Source of the DNA: an uncultured Roseicyclus sp.
Lineage (GTDB): Bacteria > Pseudomonadota > Alphaproteobacteria > Rhodobacterales > Rhodobacteraceae
Assembly: GCA_937139335.1 (NCBI GenBank)
Contig: CAKZPN010000006.1
Location: 59,959 to 123,958 of the forward strand
DNA: 64,000 nt
Direction: 5' to 3'
This document shows, one piece after another, positions 55,165 to 62,780 of this stretch; within the stretch, counting starts at the first letter, position 1, and every line of letters begins with the position of its first letter. The notes below the pieces were generated by a model. That model did not search any database, had not been told where the DNA came from, and was given only the letters and a program-made list of their open reading frames with translations. The position numbers and the translations under genes were made by a program.

Positions 55165-56592
55165 ATGGATCATCTGGACGAGCTCTACATCGACGGGGCG
55201 TGGCGCAAGGCGCGGGGTCCATCGCTCGACGTGATCAACCCGGCCGACGAGACCGTGACGGCCCGCATCGGCACGGCTTCGACCGAGGACGTGGAGGATG
55301 CCATCGCCGCCGCGCGCCGGGCTTTCGCCGGATGGGCTGCCACCGATCCGCAGGAGCGTGCCGACATTCTCGAGCGGATCGTCGTCGAATACGATGCCCG
55401 CGCCGAGGCCATGGCCGATGCCATAACAACCGAGATGGGCTCGCCCGTATCCTTCTCGCGCAAGGTGCAGATCGTCATGCCGCGCGAACGCTTCGTGATG
55501 GCGGCGAAGATCTTGCGCGACTACAGCTTCGAGGAGCAGGTTGGCACGTCGCTGGTGGTGCGCGAGCCCATCGGTGTCTGCGCCTTCATCACACCCTGGA
55601 ACTGGCCGATCAACCAGGCGGCCTCCAAGATCGCCTACGGGCTTGCGGCGGGCTGCACGATGGTCTGGAAACCCTCCGAGGTGTCGCCGCTGTCCGCAAT
55701 CCTGCTGTCCGAGGCGATCGCGGCCGCGGGCCTGCCAAGAGGCGTGTTCAACATGGTGCAGGGCGACGGTCCGGGCGTCGGCGCGCCGATGTCGCGCCAC
55801 CCCGAGGTCGACATGGTGAGCTTCACCGGCTCGACGCGGGGCGGGGTCGCAGTGGCCCATGCCGCCGCGGATTCGGTCAAGCGGGTGCACCAGGAGCTGG
55901 GCGGAAAGTCGGCCAACCTGATCCTGCCTTCGGCCGAGTTCGAGAAGGCGGTCGCTGCAGGCACGACGCTGTGTTTCCGCAACTCGGGCCAGTCCTGCCA
56001 GGCGCCGACGAGGATGCTGGTGGAGCGGGGCCTCATGGACGAGGCCGCCGAGATCGCCAGACGCGCCGCCGAGGCGATGAAGGTCGGCGACCCGCGCGAA
56101 CAGGGCACCGACCTCGGCCCGCTGGTGTCCAAGGCGCAATGGGACAAGGTGCAGGACCTGATCGCGTCCGGCATCGACGAGGGCGCGACCCTTGTCACCG
56201 GTGGCCCCGGCAAGCCCGAGGGGATGGAGACCGGCTTTTACGCCCGCCCCACCGTGTTTCGCGACGTGACCAACGACATGACCATCGCCCGCGAGGAAAT
56301 CTTCGGCCCGGTCCTGTGCCTGATCGGCTACGACACCGAGGAGGAGGCCGTGGCGATCGCCAACGACACCGACTACGGGCTGGCCACCTATATCTCGGGC
56401 GAGGACACCGAGGCCCTGCGCCGCGTGGCGCGGCAGATCCGGGCCGGGCGCGCCTACCTGAACTATGCCCCCGCCAAGGGCGACGTGCCCTTCGGCGGCT
56501 ATCGCCAGTCCGGCAACGGGCGCGAGCAGGGCGTGCACGGGCTGGAGGATTTCACCGAGCTGAAGGCGATCCTCGGCTACGACGCGGCCTGA
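55165..56592 (+). CDS. NAD(P)-dependent aldehyde dehydrogenase
   Basis: 475 aa with FTGST, ELGGKS and catalytic-Cys context FRNSGQSCQAPTR. GGGGAGG lies upstream of the ATG. Confidence 0.95.
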   Translation: MDHLDELYIDGAWRKARGPSLDVINPADETVTARIGTASTEDVEDAIAAARRAFAGWAATDPQERADILERIVVEYDARAEAMADAITTEMGSPVSFSRKVQIVMPRERFVMAAKILRDYSFEEQVGTSLVVREPIGVCAFITPWNWPINQAASKIAYGLAAGCTMVWKPSEVSPLSAILLSEAIAAAGLPRGVFNMVQGDGPGVGAPMSRHPEVDMVSFTGSTRGGVAVAHAAADSVKRVHQELGGKSANLILPSAEFEKAVAAGTTLCFRNSGQSCQAPTRMLVERGLMDEAAEIARRAAEAMKVGDPREQGTDLGPLVSKAQWDKVQDLIASGIDEGATLVTGGPGKPEGMETGFYARPTVFRDVTNDMTIAREEIFGPVLCLIGYDTEEEAVAIANDTDYGLATYISGEDTEALRRVARQIRAGRAYLNYAPAKGDVPFGGYRQSGNGREQGVHGLEDFTELKAILGYDAA

Positions 56593-56687
56593 CGGCGATG
56601 CCGCGCGCCCGCATCCTGCCGGTTGGCACTGCCCCCCGGACCCGTGCTAAGCCATGAGGCGGCACGGGGCGACAGGGTGGGCAGCGC

Positions 56688-57161
56688 ATGTCCGACGACC
56701 AACCGAACATGCCGGGGCGGATCGGGCTGGGCCTGCTCCTGCGCCGGACCCATCGTGGCTTCGCGGCCGCGATGGCCGGGCGGCTGGCCGAGCTTGGGCT
56801 CACCCACGCGGAGTTCCATCACCTGCGGCGGCTGAACGAACGCGACGGGGTGAGTTCCTCGGAACTGTCGGATCTGGTCGAGGTGAAGAAGGCAAGCTCC
56901 ACCGCGATCCTCGACGCGCTGGAGCGCAAGGGGCTGATCCGGCGCGAACGCGATGCAGCGGACCGGCGGCGGGTCAACGTCTTCCTGACCGGGGATGGCC
57001 GCGCGATCCAGCCGGCGCTGAAAGCCTGTGCCGAGACGGTCAACGAGGTCTCGGCACTCTACATGACGCCGGCGGAGCGGGCGCAGCTTTTCGACCTGCT
57101 GGAGCGGGTGAACAAGGGGCTGGCCGAGGCGCCGCGGCACGGGTCGGACGCGGCGGAGTGA
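56688..57161 (+). CDS. MarR family transcriptional regulator
   Basis: 157 aa with LGLTHAEFHHLRRLNERDGVSSSELSDLVEVKKASSTAILDALERKGLIRRERDAADRR (wHTH plus wing). Confidence 0.9.
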   Translation: MSDDQPNMPGRIGLGLLLRRTHRGFAAAMAGRLAELGLTHAEFHHLRRLNERDGVSSSELSDLVEVKKASSTAILDALERKGLIRRERDAADRRRVNVFLTGDGRAIQPALKACAETVNEVSALYMTPAERAQLFDLLERVNKGLAEAPRHGSDAAE

Positions 57162-57165
57162 CGGC

Positions 57166-57957
57166 GTGAGCGTCTTTGGGGTCGAGGTCTTCGCGGGGCT
57201 ACTGGCCTGGCACGTGGTGGCGCTGGCCATTGTCTACGCCGCCGCCTTCTTCGTGAAGGGCGTGTTCGGATACGGCGCGATCCCGGTCCTGATCGTGGCG
57301 GGGTCATTCCTGGTGGAGCCGCATCACGCTGTGGTGCTGGCTGCCGTCACCAACCTCGCCACGCATGTCCAGTATCTGCCGCGCGGGTTCCGGCACGGCA
57401 AGACCGACCTCGTCCTCAGCCTCGCTGTCTACCTGGTGCCGGCCATCGCCATCGGTGTCTGGGTCTTCGCGCAGCTCGACGGCGCGTCGCTCAGCGTGCT
57501 CGCCGGGGCGATCATCCTTGCCTCTGTCATCGCGGACGCGCGCGGCACGCTCGACCCGCTGGCGCCCTGGGTACGGCAGAACACGCGCATCGCGGCGCCG
57601 GTCTTCGGCACCTTCGCAGGCCTCGTCTCGGGCATCGTGGGCTCGGGGGCGATCGCGTTCATCACGCTCTACGTCCGCATCTTCGCGCAGGACCGGCACA
57701 GTTTCAGCGCGACGATCATCCTGGTGACGGCGGTGATTCTGGTCTGGCGCACAGCCGCCCTGACCTACGCAGGCGAGATCACCTGGGTCATCGCCGGCGA
57801 GGCGCTGTTGCTGTTGCCCGGTGGGCTTCTCGCGGGCTGGATCGGCGCGCGCGTCGCCTCGCGGCTGAGCGACCGGCTGTTCTTCCGCTTCTACCGCGCC
57901 GTGCTGGTCCTGGGCGCGGCGCTGATGATGCTGCGCGGGCTCTTCGCGGGCGGCTAG
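57166..57957 (+). CDS. TauE/SafE family anion permease
   Basis: GTG start, 263 aa, about 8 hydrophobic segments, with a VKGVFGYGAIPV motif. Confidence 0.8.
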   Translation: MSVFGVEVFAGLLAWHVVALAIVYAAAFFVKGVFGYGAIPVLIVAGSFLVEPHHAVVLAAVTNLATHVQYLPRGFRHGKTDLVLSLAVYLVPAIAIGVWVFAQLDGASLSVLAGAIILASVIADARGTLDPLAPWVRQNTRIAAPVFGTFAGLVSGIVGSGAIAFITLYVRIFAQDRHSFSATIILVTAVILVWRTAALTYAGEITWVIAGEALLLLPGGLLAGWIGARVASRLSDRLFFRFYRAVLVLGAALMMLRGLFAGG

Positions 57958-58712
57958 GTCGCGCCAAGGATGCCGCCGATGCCACGCCACAGAAGCGCCC
58001 CCGCCGTCCAGGCCAGCACCACCAGCACCAATCGGTCGAACAGGCGCTGGTCGACCCGCCGCGCCAGCCGGTTGCCGAGCCAGAGGCCGAAGGCCACCGC
58101 GGGCAGGCTGACGATCCCGGCGGTCAGCGCCTCCCACCCCAGGATGCCGGTCGCGCCCAGCATCGGGACCTGCACCAGCGTGAAGGCCGCGAACATCGCG
58201 CCGGTGGCAAAGATGAACCGTGGCCGGTCCGGGCGCTGCGCGTGGAAGAAGGTGATGCCGATGGGCCCGGAAATGCCCGTCGCGCCGTGCAAGATGCCCG
58301 CCGCCAGCCCCGTCGGCGCTGCGCCGCGCCGGGCGGTGCCGGGGGAAAGCGAGATCTCGGGGCTGAGCAGCCTGAGCGCGATATAGGCGATCAGCATCGC
58401 CGCCAGCGCCAGTTCCAGCCAGGCCTCAGGCAGACTGACCAGGATCAGCGTGCCGATGGCCGTGCCGACCCCGCCGGCCAGGATGAAGGGCACGATCACC
58501 CGGTCGCCGCGCCCGGCATCGCGGAACTGCCAGACCTGCCACAGATTGGCCGCCAGCACCGGCAGGCTGACCACCGCCAGCGCCTGCGGCAAGCCGATGA
58601 TGAGCGCAAGACCGGGGATCGCGACCATCGGCAGACCGATGCCGATGATCCCCTTCACGGTGGCCCCGGTGGCCAGCAGCAGGAAGGCGGCAATCGTGGT
58701 GAGCCAGCTCAT
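57954..58712 (-). CDS. TauE/SafE family anion permease
   Basis: 252 aa with VKGIIGIGLPMV and GILHGATGISGPIG repeats of the family. Its stop shares CTAG with the convergent paralogue. Confidence 0.85.
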   Translation of the reverse strand: MSWLTTIAAFLLLATGATVKGIIGIGLPMVAIPGLALIIGLPQALAVVSLPVLAANLWQVWQFRDAGRGDRVIVPFILAGGVGTAIGTLILVSLPEAWLELALAAMLIAYIALRLLSPEISLSPGTARRGAAPTGLAAGILHGATGISGPIGITFFHAQRPDRPRFIFATGAMFAAFTLVQVPMLGATGILGWEALTAGIVSLPAVAFGLWLGNRLARRVDQRLFDRLVLVVLAWTAGALLWRGIGGILGAT

Positions 58713-58838
58713 TGCCGCACCGCATGTGGGACAATCGGCGCAACGCTGTCAGCGAATGCTGCGCGCGCACCGGCGGAAACCACTTTAATTCCGAGGCTTG
58801 ACGACATGCGCAGACATTGCCCTTCGCAGTTGCAGTAG

Positions 58839-58919
58839 AATTGTATTAGTATTATTCCACAATTTCTTTATTGAACCACGAATTGATTGACAATTTCCAG
58901 CCCCGACCTGTAGCATAAT
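58839..58919. promoter_or_regulatory. AT-rich divergent control region with a sigma70-like promoter and AATTG/CAATT inverted repeats
   Basis: AATTGT-N14-ACAATT (58839-58864) and AATTG-attga-CAATT (58881-58895). The second repeat overlaps TTGACA (58887-58892), and TAGCAT follows 18 nt later (58911-58916). This is the most AT-rich stretch I saw in the window. Confidence 0.35.
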
Positions 58920-58994
58920 CCTGCAAGCGTGGTCCGCAAGATCGGTGTCAAGCTGACGGATGGCGACCCCGCGCGATGTTTCTGGGAGGAAAAC

Positions 58995-59963
58995 ATGACC
59001 GCTTATCGCAAGATCTCCATCGCCGCCGTGGCGCTCGCCGCGGCACTACCGGCCCATGCTCAGGACCTGACCGAGGTCGAGATCGTGGTCTTCGGCCCGC
59101 CGTCTCTCGGCGCGTTCCTGCCGCCGATCATCGAGGCACAGGGCTTCGACGAGGCGCACGGACTCGACATCACCTTTGCCGAACGCACGCCCGACGCCTA
59201 TGCCGCCCAGTTCAATTCGGGCGAGTTCCAGGTCGGCGGGTCGGCCGCGCTGCTGACGGTCGGACTGGCCGAGGCGCGGGGCGTGGAGGCCGAATACCTC
59301 TTCAACCTGTTCGACTACTGGGGCGCGGTCGTCACCACCCGCGACGATGTCCAGAGCCTTGCCGACCTCGAGGGGCAGGAGCTTGCCGCCGCGACGGGCA
59401 CCACGAATTATCAGATGTTCCGCTGGCTCGCCGCGCAGCAGGGCGTGGACATGGCGGGGGTGAACGCGATCAACACCGCGCCGCCGGGCCTTGTCGGCTA
59501 CGCGATGGCAGACCGCGCCGCCGCCGTGCAGCTGTGGGAGCCTGCCTTCACCTCGCTCTCGGCGCAGAATCCCGACATCCGCGCGCTCGATCTCAACATT
59601 CGCGGCGCCTGGGATGCGTTCGCCGGTTCCGAGAACATTCCCTATCTCGGCGTCGCCGCGCACCGGTCCTGGGCCGCCGAGAACCCCGAAGCGGTCGAGG
59701 CGCTCTACAACGCCTATGCCGATGCCGCCGCCTGGGTGACGGAAAACCCCGAGGAGGCCGCGACGATCATCGCGCGGGGCGGCACCGACGACGTGGTGCA
59801 GAACTACACCACGCTGATCCAGCAAAACGAGCGGCTGGGCATGAACGTGCAATGGGCCGCCGACATGGCGGACGAGATCCGGTCGGTCTACGAGGTCGGG
59901 GTGGAGCTTGACTACCTGCCCGGCATGCCGACCGACGCCACCATCCACGGGGTGGGTGACTGA
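58995..59963 (+). CDS. ABC transporter substrate-binding protein (NitT/TauT, NMT1/SsuA-like)
   Basis: ATG at 58995 with GGGAGGA upstream. Signal peptide ...ALPAHAQ. 322 aa. Confidence 0.85.
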   Translation: MTAYRKISIAAVALAAALPAHAQDLTEVEIVVFGPPSLGAFLPPIIEAQGFDEAHGLDITFAERTPDAYAAQFNSGEFQVGGSAALLTVGLAEARGVEAEYLFNLFDYWGAVVTTRDDVQSLADLEGQELAAATGTTNYQMFRWLAAQQGVDMAGVNAINTAPPGLVGYAMADRAAAVQLWEPAFTSLSAQNPDIRALDLNIRGAWDAFAGSENIPYLGVAAHRSWAAENPEAVEALYNAYADAAAWVTENPEEAATIIARGGTDDVVQNYTTLIQQNERLGMNVQWAADMADEIRSVYEVGVELDYLPGMPTDATIHGVGD

Positions 59964-59965
59964 AG

Positions 59966-60772
59966 ATGACGGATGTCACGCCAAGCCGGCGTCCCTACGA
60001 CAACCCGGCCTTTGGCGTCGCGCGGCGGCTCTTCTGGGTCGCCGCGCCCTTCGTCCTGATCGCGACGGCCTGGCAGATCGCTTCGGCCTTCTTTCCCGAC
60101 TTCCTGTTTCCGTCGCTGATCCATGTCTTCGCGCGGGTCTTCGACATCCTCACCACGTGGTCGCTGTTCTCGTCGGTGCTGGCCACCGCGATGCGCATCC
60201 TGGGCGGGCTGGCGGGCGCCTTCGTGCTGGGCGCGGTGCTGGGCCTCGCGATCTTCAGCTTCAAGACGGCCGACCGGCTGCTGACGCCGACGCTGACCTT
60301 CTTCCAGGGCATCCCGGCGCTCAGCTGGGTGGTCTTCGCCATCATCTGGTTTCACGGGGTCGAATTCCGCATCCTGTTCATCATGGTCGCGACGACCCTG
60401 CCGGCCTTCACCTTCCAGATCGTCGGCGCGCTGCGGTCGATGGACAAGGACCTGTCCGAGATGGTGATGAGCTTTCGCCCCTCGCGGCGGAAATACTTCT
60501 CGGCGATGGTGCTGCCCGCCGTCCTGCCCGAGGTGGTGACGGCCTGGAAGGTCAACCTCGGCAACGCCAGCCGCGTCGTGGTGGTGGCCGAGCTTGTGGG
60601 ATCGTCCGGCGGCGTGGGCTTCCAGCTTCTTCAACAGCAGCAGCTGTTCGACATGGCCGGCGCGCTGGCCTGGACGCTGCAACTGGTGTTCTTCGTGCTC
60701 CTGTTCCAATGGGTGCTGTCGCAGTTCGAGCGCATGGCCTTTCGCTACCGCGCCGTGTCGGAGCGCGGGTAA
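59966..60772 (+). CDS. ABC transporter permease (NitT/TauT family)
   Basis: 268 aa, six hydrophobic segments, with an EAA-like loop (MDKDLSEMVMSFRPSRRKYF). Confidence 0.9.
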   Translation: MTDVTPSRRPYDNPAFGVARRLFWVAAPFVLIATAWQIASAFFPDFLFPSLIHVFARVFDILTTWSLFSSVLATAMRILGGLAGAFVLGAVLGLAIFSFKTADRLLTPTLTFFQGIPALSWVVFAIIWFHGVEFRILFIMVATTLPAFTFQIVGALRSMDKDLSEMVMSFRPSRRKYFSAMVLPAVLPEVVTAWKVNLGNASRVVVVAELVGSSGGVGFQLLQQQQLFDMAGALAWTLQLVFFVLLFQWVLSQFERMAFRYRAVSERG

Positions 60773-60773
60773 G

Positions 60774-61577
60774 ATGGACGCAGCAATTCGGAACGGACAC
60801 GGCATGACCAAACTCGACGACCTGCAATTCGTGGCGCCGGACACGGCCGAGGTCGAGATCGCGTTTCGCAACGTAACCAAACGGTTCGGCAATCTCGTCG
60901 CGGTCGACAACCTGTCGCTCGACATTCACCGGGGCCAGATGGTGGCGCTCCTGGGCAAGACCGGCTGCGGCAAGTCCACGATGTTCAACATGATCTCGGG
61001 CCTGATGGCGCCTTCCGAGGGCGAGGTCGAGGTGATGGGCCAGCAGCCGTTCCGCAACTTCAACTGGTATCGCGGGAAAATGGCCATCGTGTTCCAGACC
61101 GACCGGCTGCTGCCGTGGCGGACGGCGGTGAAGAACGTCGAGATCGGACTCGAGACGCTCGGCATCGCACCCGCCGAACGCCGTGACCGCGCGATGCACT
61201 GGCTTGAAACACTTGGCCTGAAGGGCCACGAAAACGATTACCCGCACGCCCTGTCAGGCGGCATGCGACAGCGGGTGTCGATCTCGCGCGCCTTTGCCAC
61301 GGACGCGGAACTCCTGCTCTGTGACGAGCCGTTTTCCGCGCTGGACGAGATCACCTCGAAGCGGCTGCGCACCGAGTTCGCCCGGCTGGTGCGCGAGAAC
61401 GGCAAGACCGCCGTCTTCATCACCCACTCGATCGACGAGGCCTTCGACATCGGCGACCGGATCGTGGTGCTGAAACGCCCCGCCGAGATCGCGCATGACC
61501 TGCGCATGTCCGACAGTGTCAGCTCCGAGGACCGCGAACACATCCGCCGGACGATTCACGCCTCGCTGGCGGCGTGA
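60774..61577 (+). CDS. ABC transporter ATP-binding protein
   Basis: In-frame ATG at 60774 (alternative at 60804). Walker A GKTGCGKST, signature LSGGMRQR and Walker B LLLCDEPFSALD. Confidence 0.9.
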   Translation: MDAAIRNGHGMTKLDDLQFVAPDTAEVEIAFRNVTKRFGNLVAVDNLSLDIHRGQMVALLGKTGCGKSTMFNMISGLMAPSEGEVEVMGQQPFRNFNWYRGKMAIVFQTDRLLPWRTAVKNVEIGLETLGIAPAERRDRAMHWLETLGLKGHENDYPHALSGGMRQRVSISRAFATDAELLLCDEPFSALDEITSKRLRTEFARLVRENGKTAVFITHSIDEAFDIGDRIVVLKRPAEIAHDLRMSDSVSSEDREHIRRTIHASLAA

Positions 61578-61823
61578 CGCGGGCGGTCAGGTGGCAGCTT
61601 CTCTGGCCAACTCGCCAACCGTGAAGCGGCGGCGACCAGGCTGCTTTCTTGGAAGAAGCTGACTTCGCGTCAGATCACGCAACGGAGACGAGGAGCGCGC
61701 GACAAATGCGAGGTGCATCGTGTCGCGTAGCACCGGCCCACGCTATCGTGGGTGGGAAGCCAAAGCGGCTCCATTTCGAGATTTGCCGAAACCCCACACG
61801 ACAACGACCGTTTGAAGGGATAT

Positions 61824-61897
61824 TGGAGGCGAGTACCGGAATCGAACCGGTCTTCACGGATTTGCAATCCGGTGCGTAACCACTCCGCCAACTCGCC
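61824..61897 (-). tRNA. tRNA-Cys (GCA)
   Basis: I folded the 74-nt sequence by hand. It has a 7-bp acceptor stem (GGCGAGT/ACTCGCC), a T arm ACCGG-TTCGATT-CCGGT, an anticodon loop TTGCAAA, discriminator U and an encoded CCA. Confidence 0.9.
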
Positions 61898-62048
61898 GCC
61901 GTGGTGTGGCGTGTGACCTAGCGCAAGCGCTGCCGGCGCGCAAGCGCGTTGGGGCGGAATGACGCTCCGGGCGCACGCCGGCGTTGCACGGCCCGGCGGG
62001 TTGTGCGAAGACGATAAAGACACAACTAGACGGATTGGTTCAGTTTCC

Positions 62049-62702
62049 ATGGCTGACTTTGCCCAGCGTCGCCGCACCATGGTCGACACACAGATTCGGC
62101 CTTCGGATGTGACCAGCTTCACCGTCATCGACGCGATGCTGAATGTCCCGCGCGAGGCCTTCGTGCCGGACGACGCGCGCGACCTGGCCTATGTCGGCGG
62201 CCCGATTCCCGTGACCGCGACGCGCCAGTTGATGGAGCCGCGGACCATCGCCAAGATGCTCGAGGCCGTCGATGTGACGCCCAGCGACCTCGTGCTCGAG
62301 ATCGGGCCGGGGACGGGCTACACCACGGCGCTGCTGGCCCGCATGGCCGAGGCCGTCGTCGCGGTGGAGGAAGACGAGGGCCTTGCCCGCGACGCGGAGG
62401 CCGCCCTGTCGCTGCAGGAAGTCGACAATGCCGCGATCCTGACCGGCGCTCTGGCCGAAGGTTCGGCGCGCAACGGCCCCTATGACGCGATCGTCGCCTT
62501 CGCCGGGGTGGAGCAGATGCCGCAGGCGATCCTCGATCAATTGAAAGAAGGTGGGCGCATCCTGGCGCTGTTCATGGACGGGCAGCTGGGCGAAGTGCGG
62601 ATCGGCGTGAAGATTCACGGCGTCGTCTCCTGGCACATGGAATTCAACGCGACGGCGCCGGTCTTGCCCGGTTTCGGCCGGGCACCAAGTTTCGTGTTCT
62701 GA
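62049..62702 (+). CDS. pcm: protein-L-isoaspartate O-methyltransferase family protein
   Basis: ATG at 62049 inside ORF 61959..62702. SAM motif VLEIGPGTGYTTALLA and GGRILA. Confidence 0.85.
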   Translation: MADFAQRRRTMVDTQIRPSDVTSFTVIDAMLNVPREAFVPDDARDLAYVGGPIPVTATRQLMEPRTIAKMLEAVDVTPSDLVLEIGPGTGYTTALLARMAEAVVAVEEDEGLARDAEAALSLQEVDNAAILTGALAEGSARNGPYDAIVAFAGVEQMPQAILDQLKEGGRILALFMDGQLGEVRIGVKIHGVVSWHMEFNATAPVLPGFGRAPSFVF

Positions 62703-62780
62703 CGACCTGGTCGCCGCGGCCCCGCAGGGCAGGCGGCGGATCGGCGGCGGCAGGATGGGACAGTCAAAGGAACTGAGGCG

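Noticed and set aside
58713-58994. TPP or other riboswitch in the long leader of the NMT1/ThiY-like binding-protein gene.
   Set aside because: I found no CUGAGA or ACCUGAUCUGGAUAAUGCCAGCG-like TPP-box elements and no other riboswitch core that I recognise. The region looks like a protein-controlled promoter.
61604-61615. 11-nt match (GCCAACTCGCC) to the 5' acceptor/D-arm part of tRNA-Cys, as a possible att-site repeat.
   Set aside because: Island att repeats duplicate the 3' part of a tRNA, not the 5' part. An 11-nt GC-rich match is plausible by chance, and no integrase is nearby.
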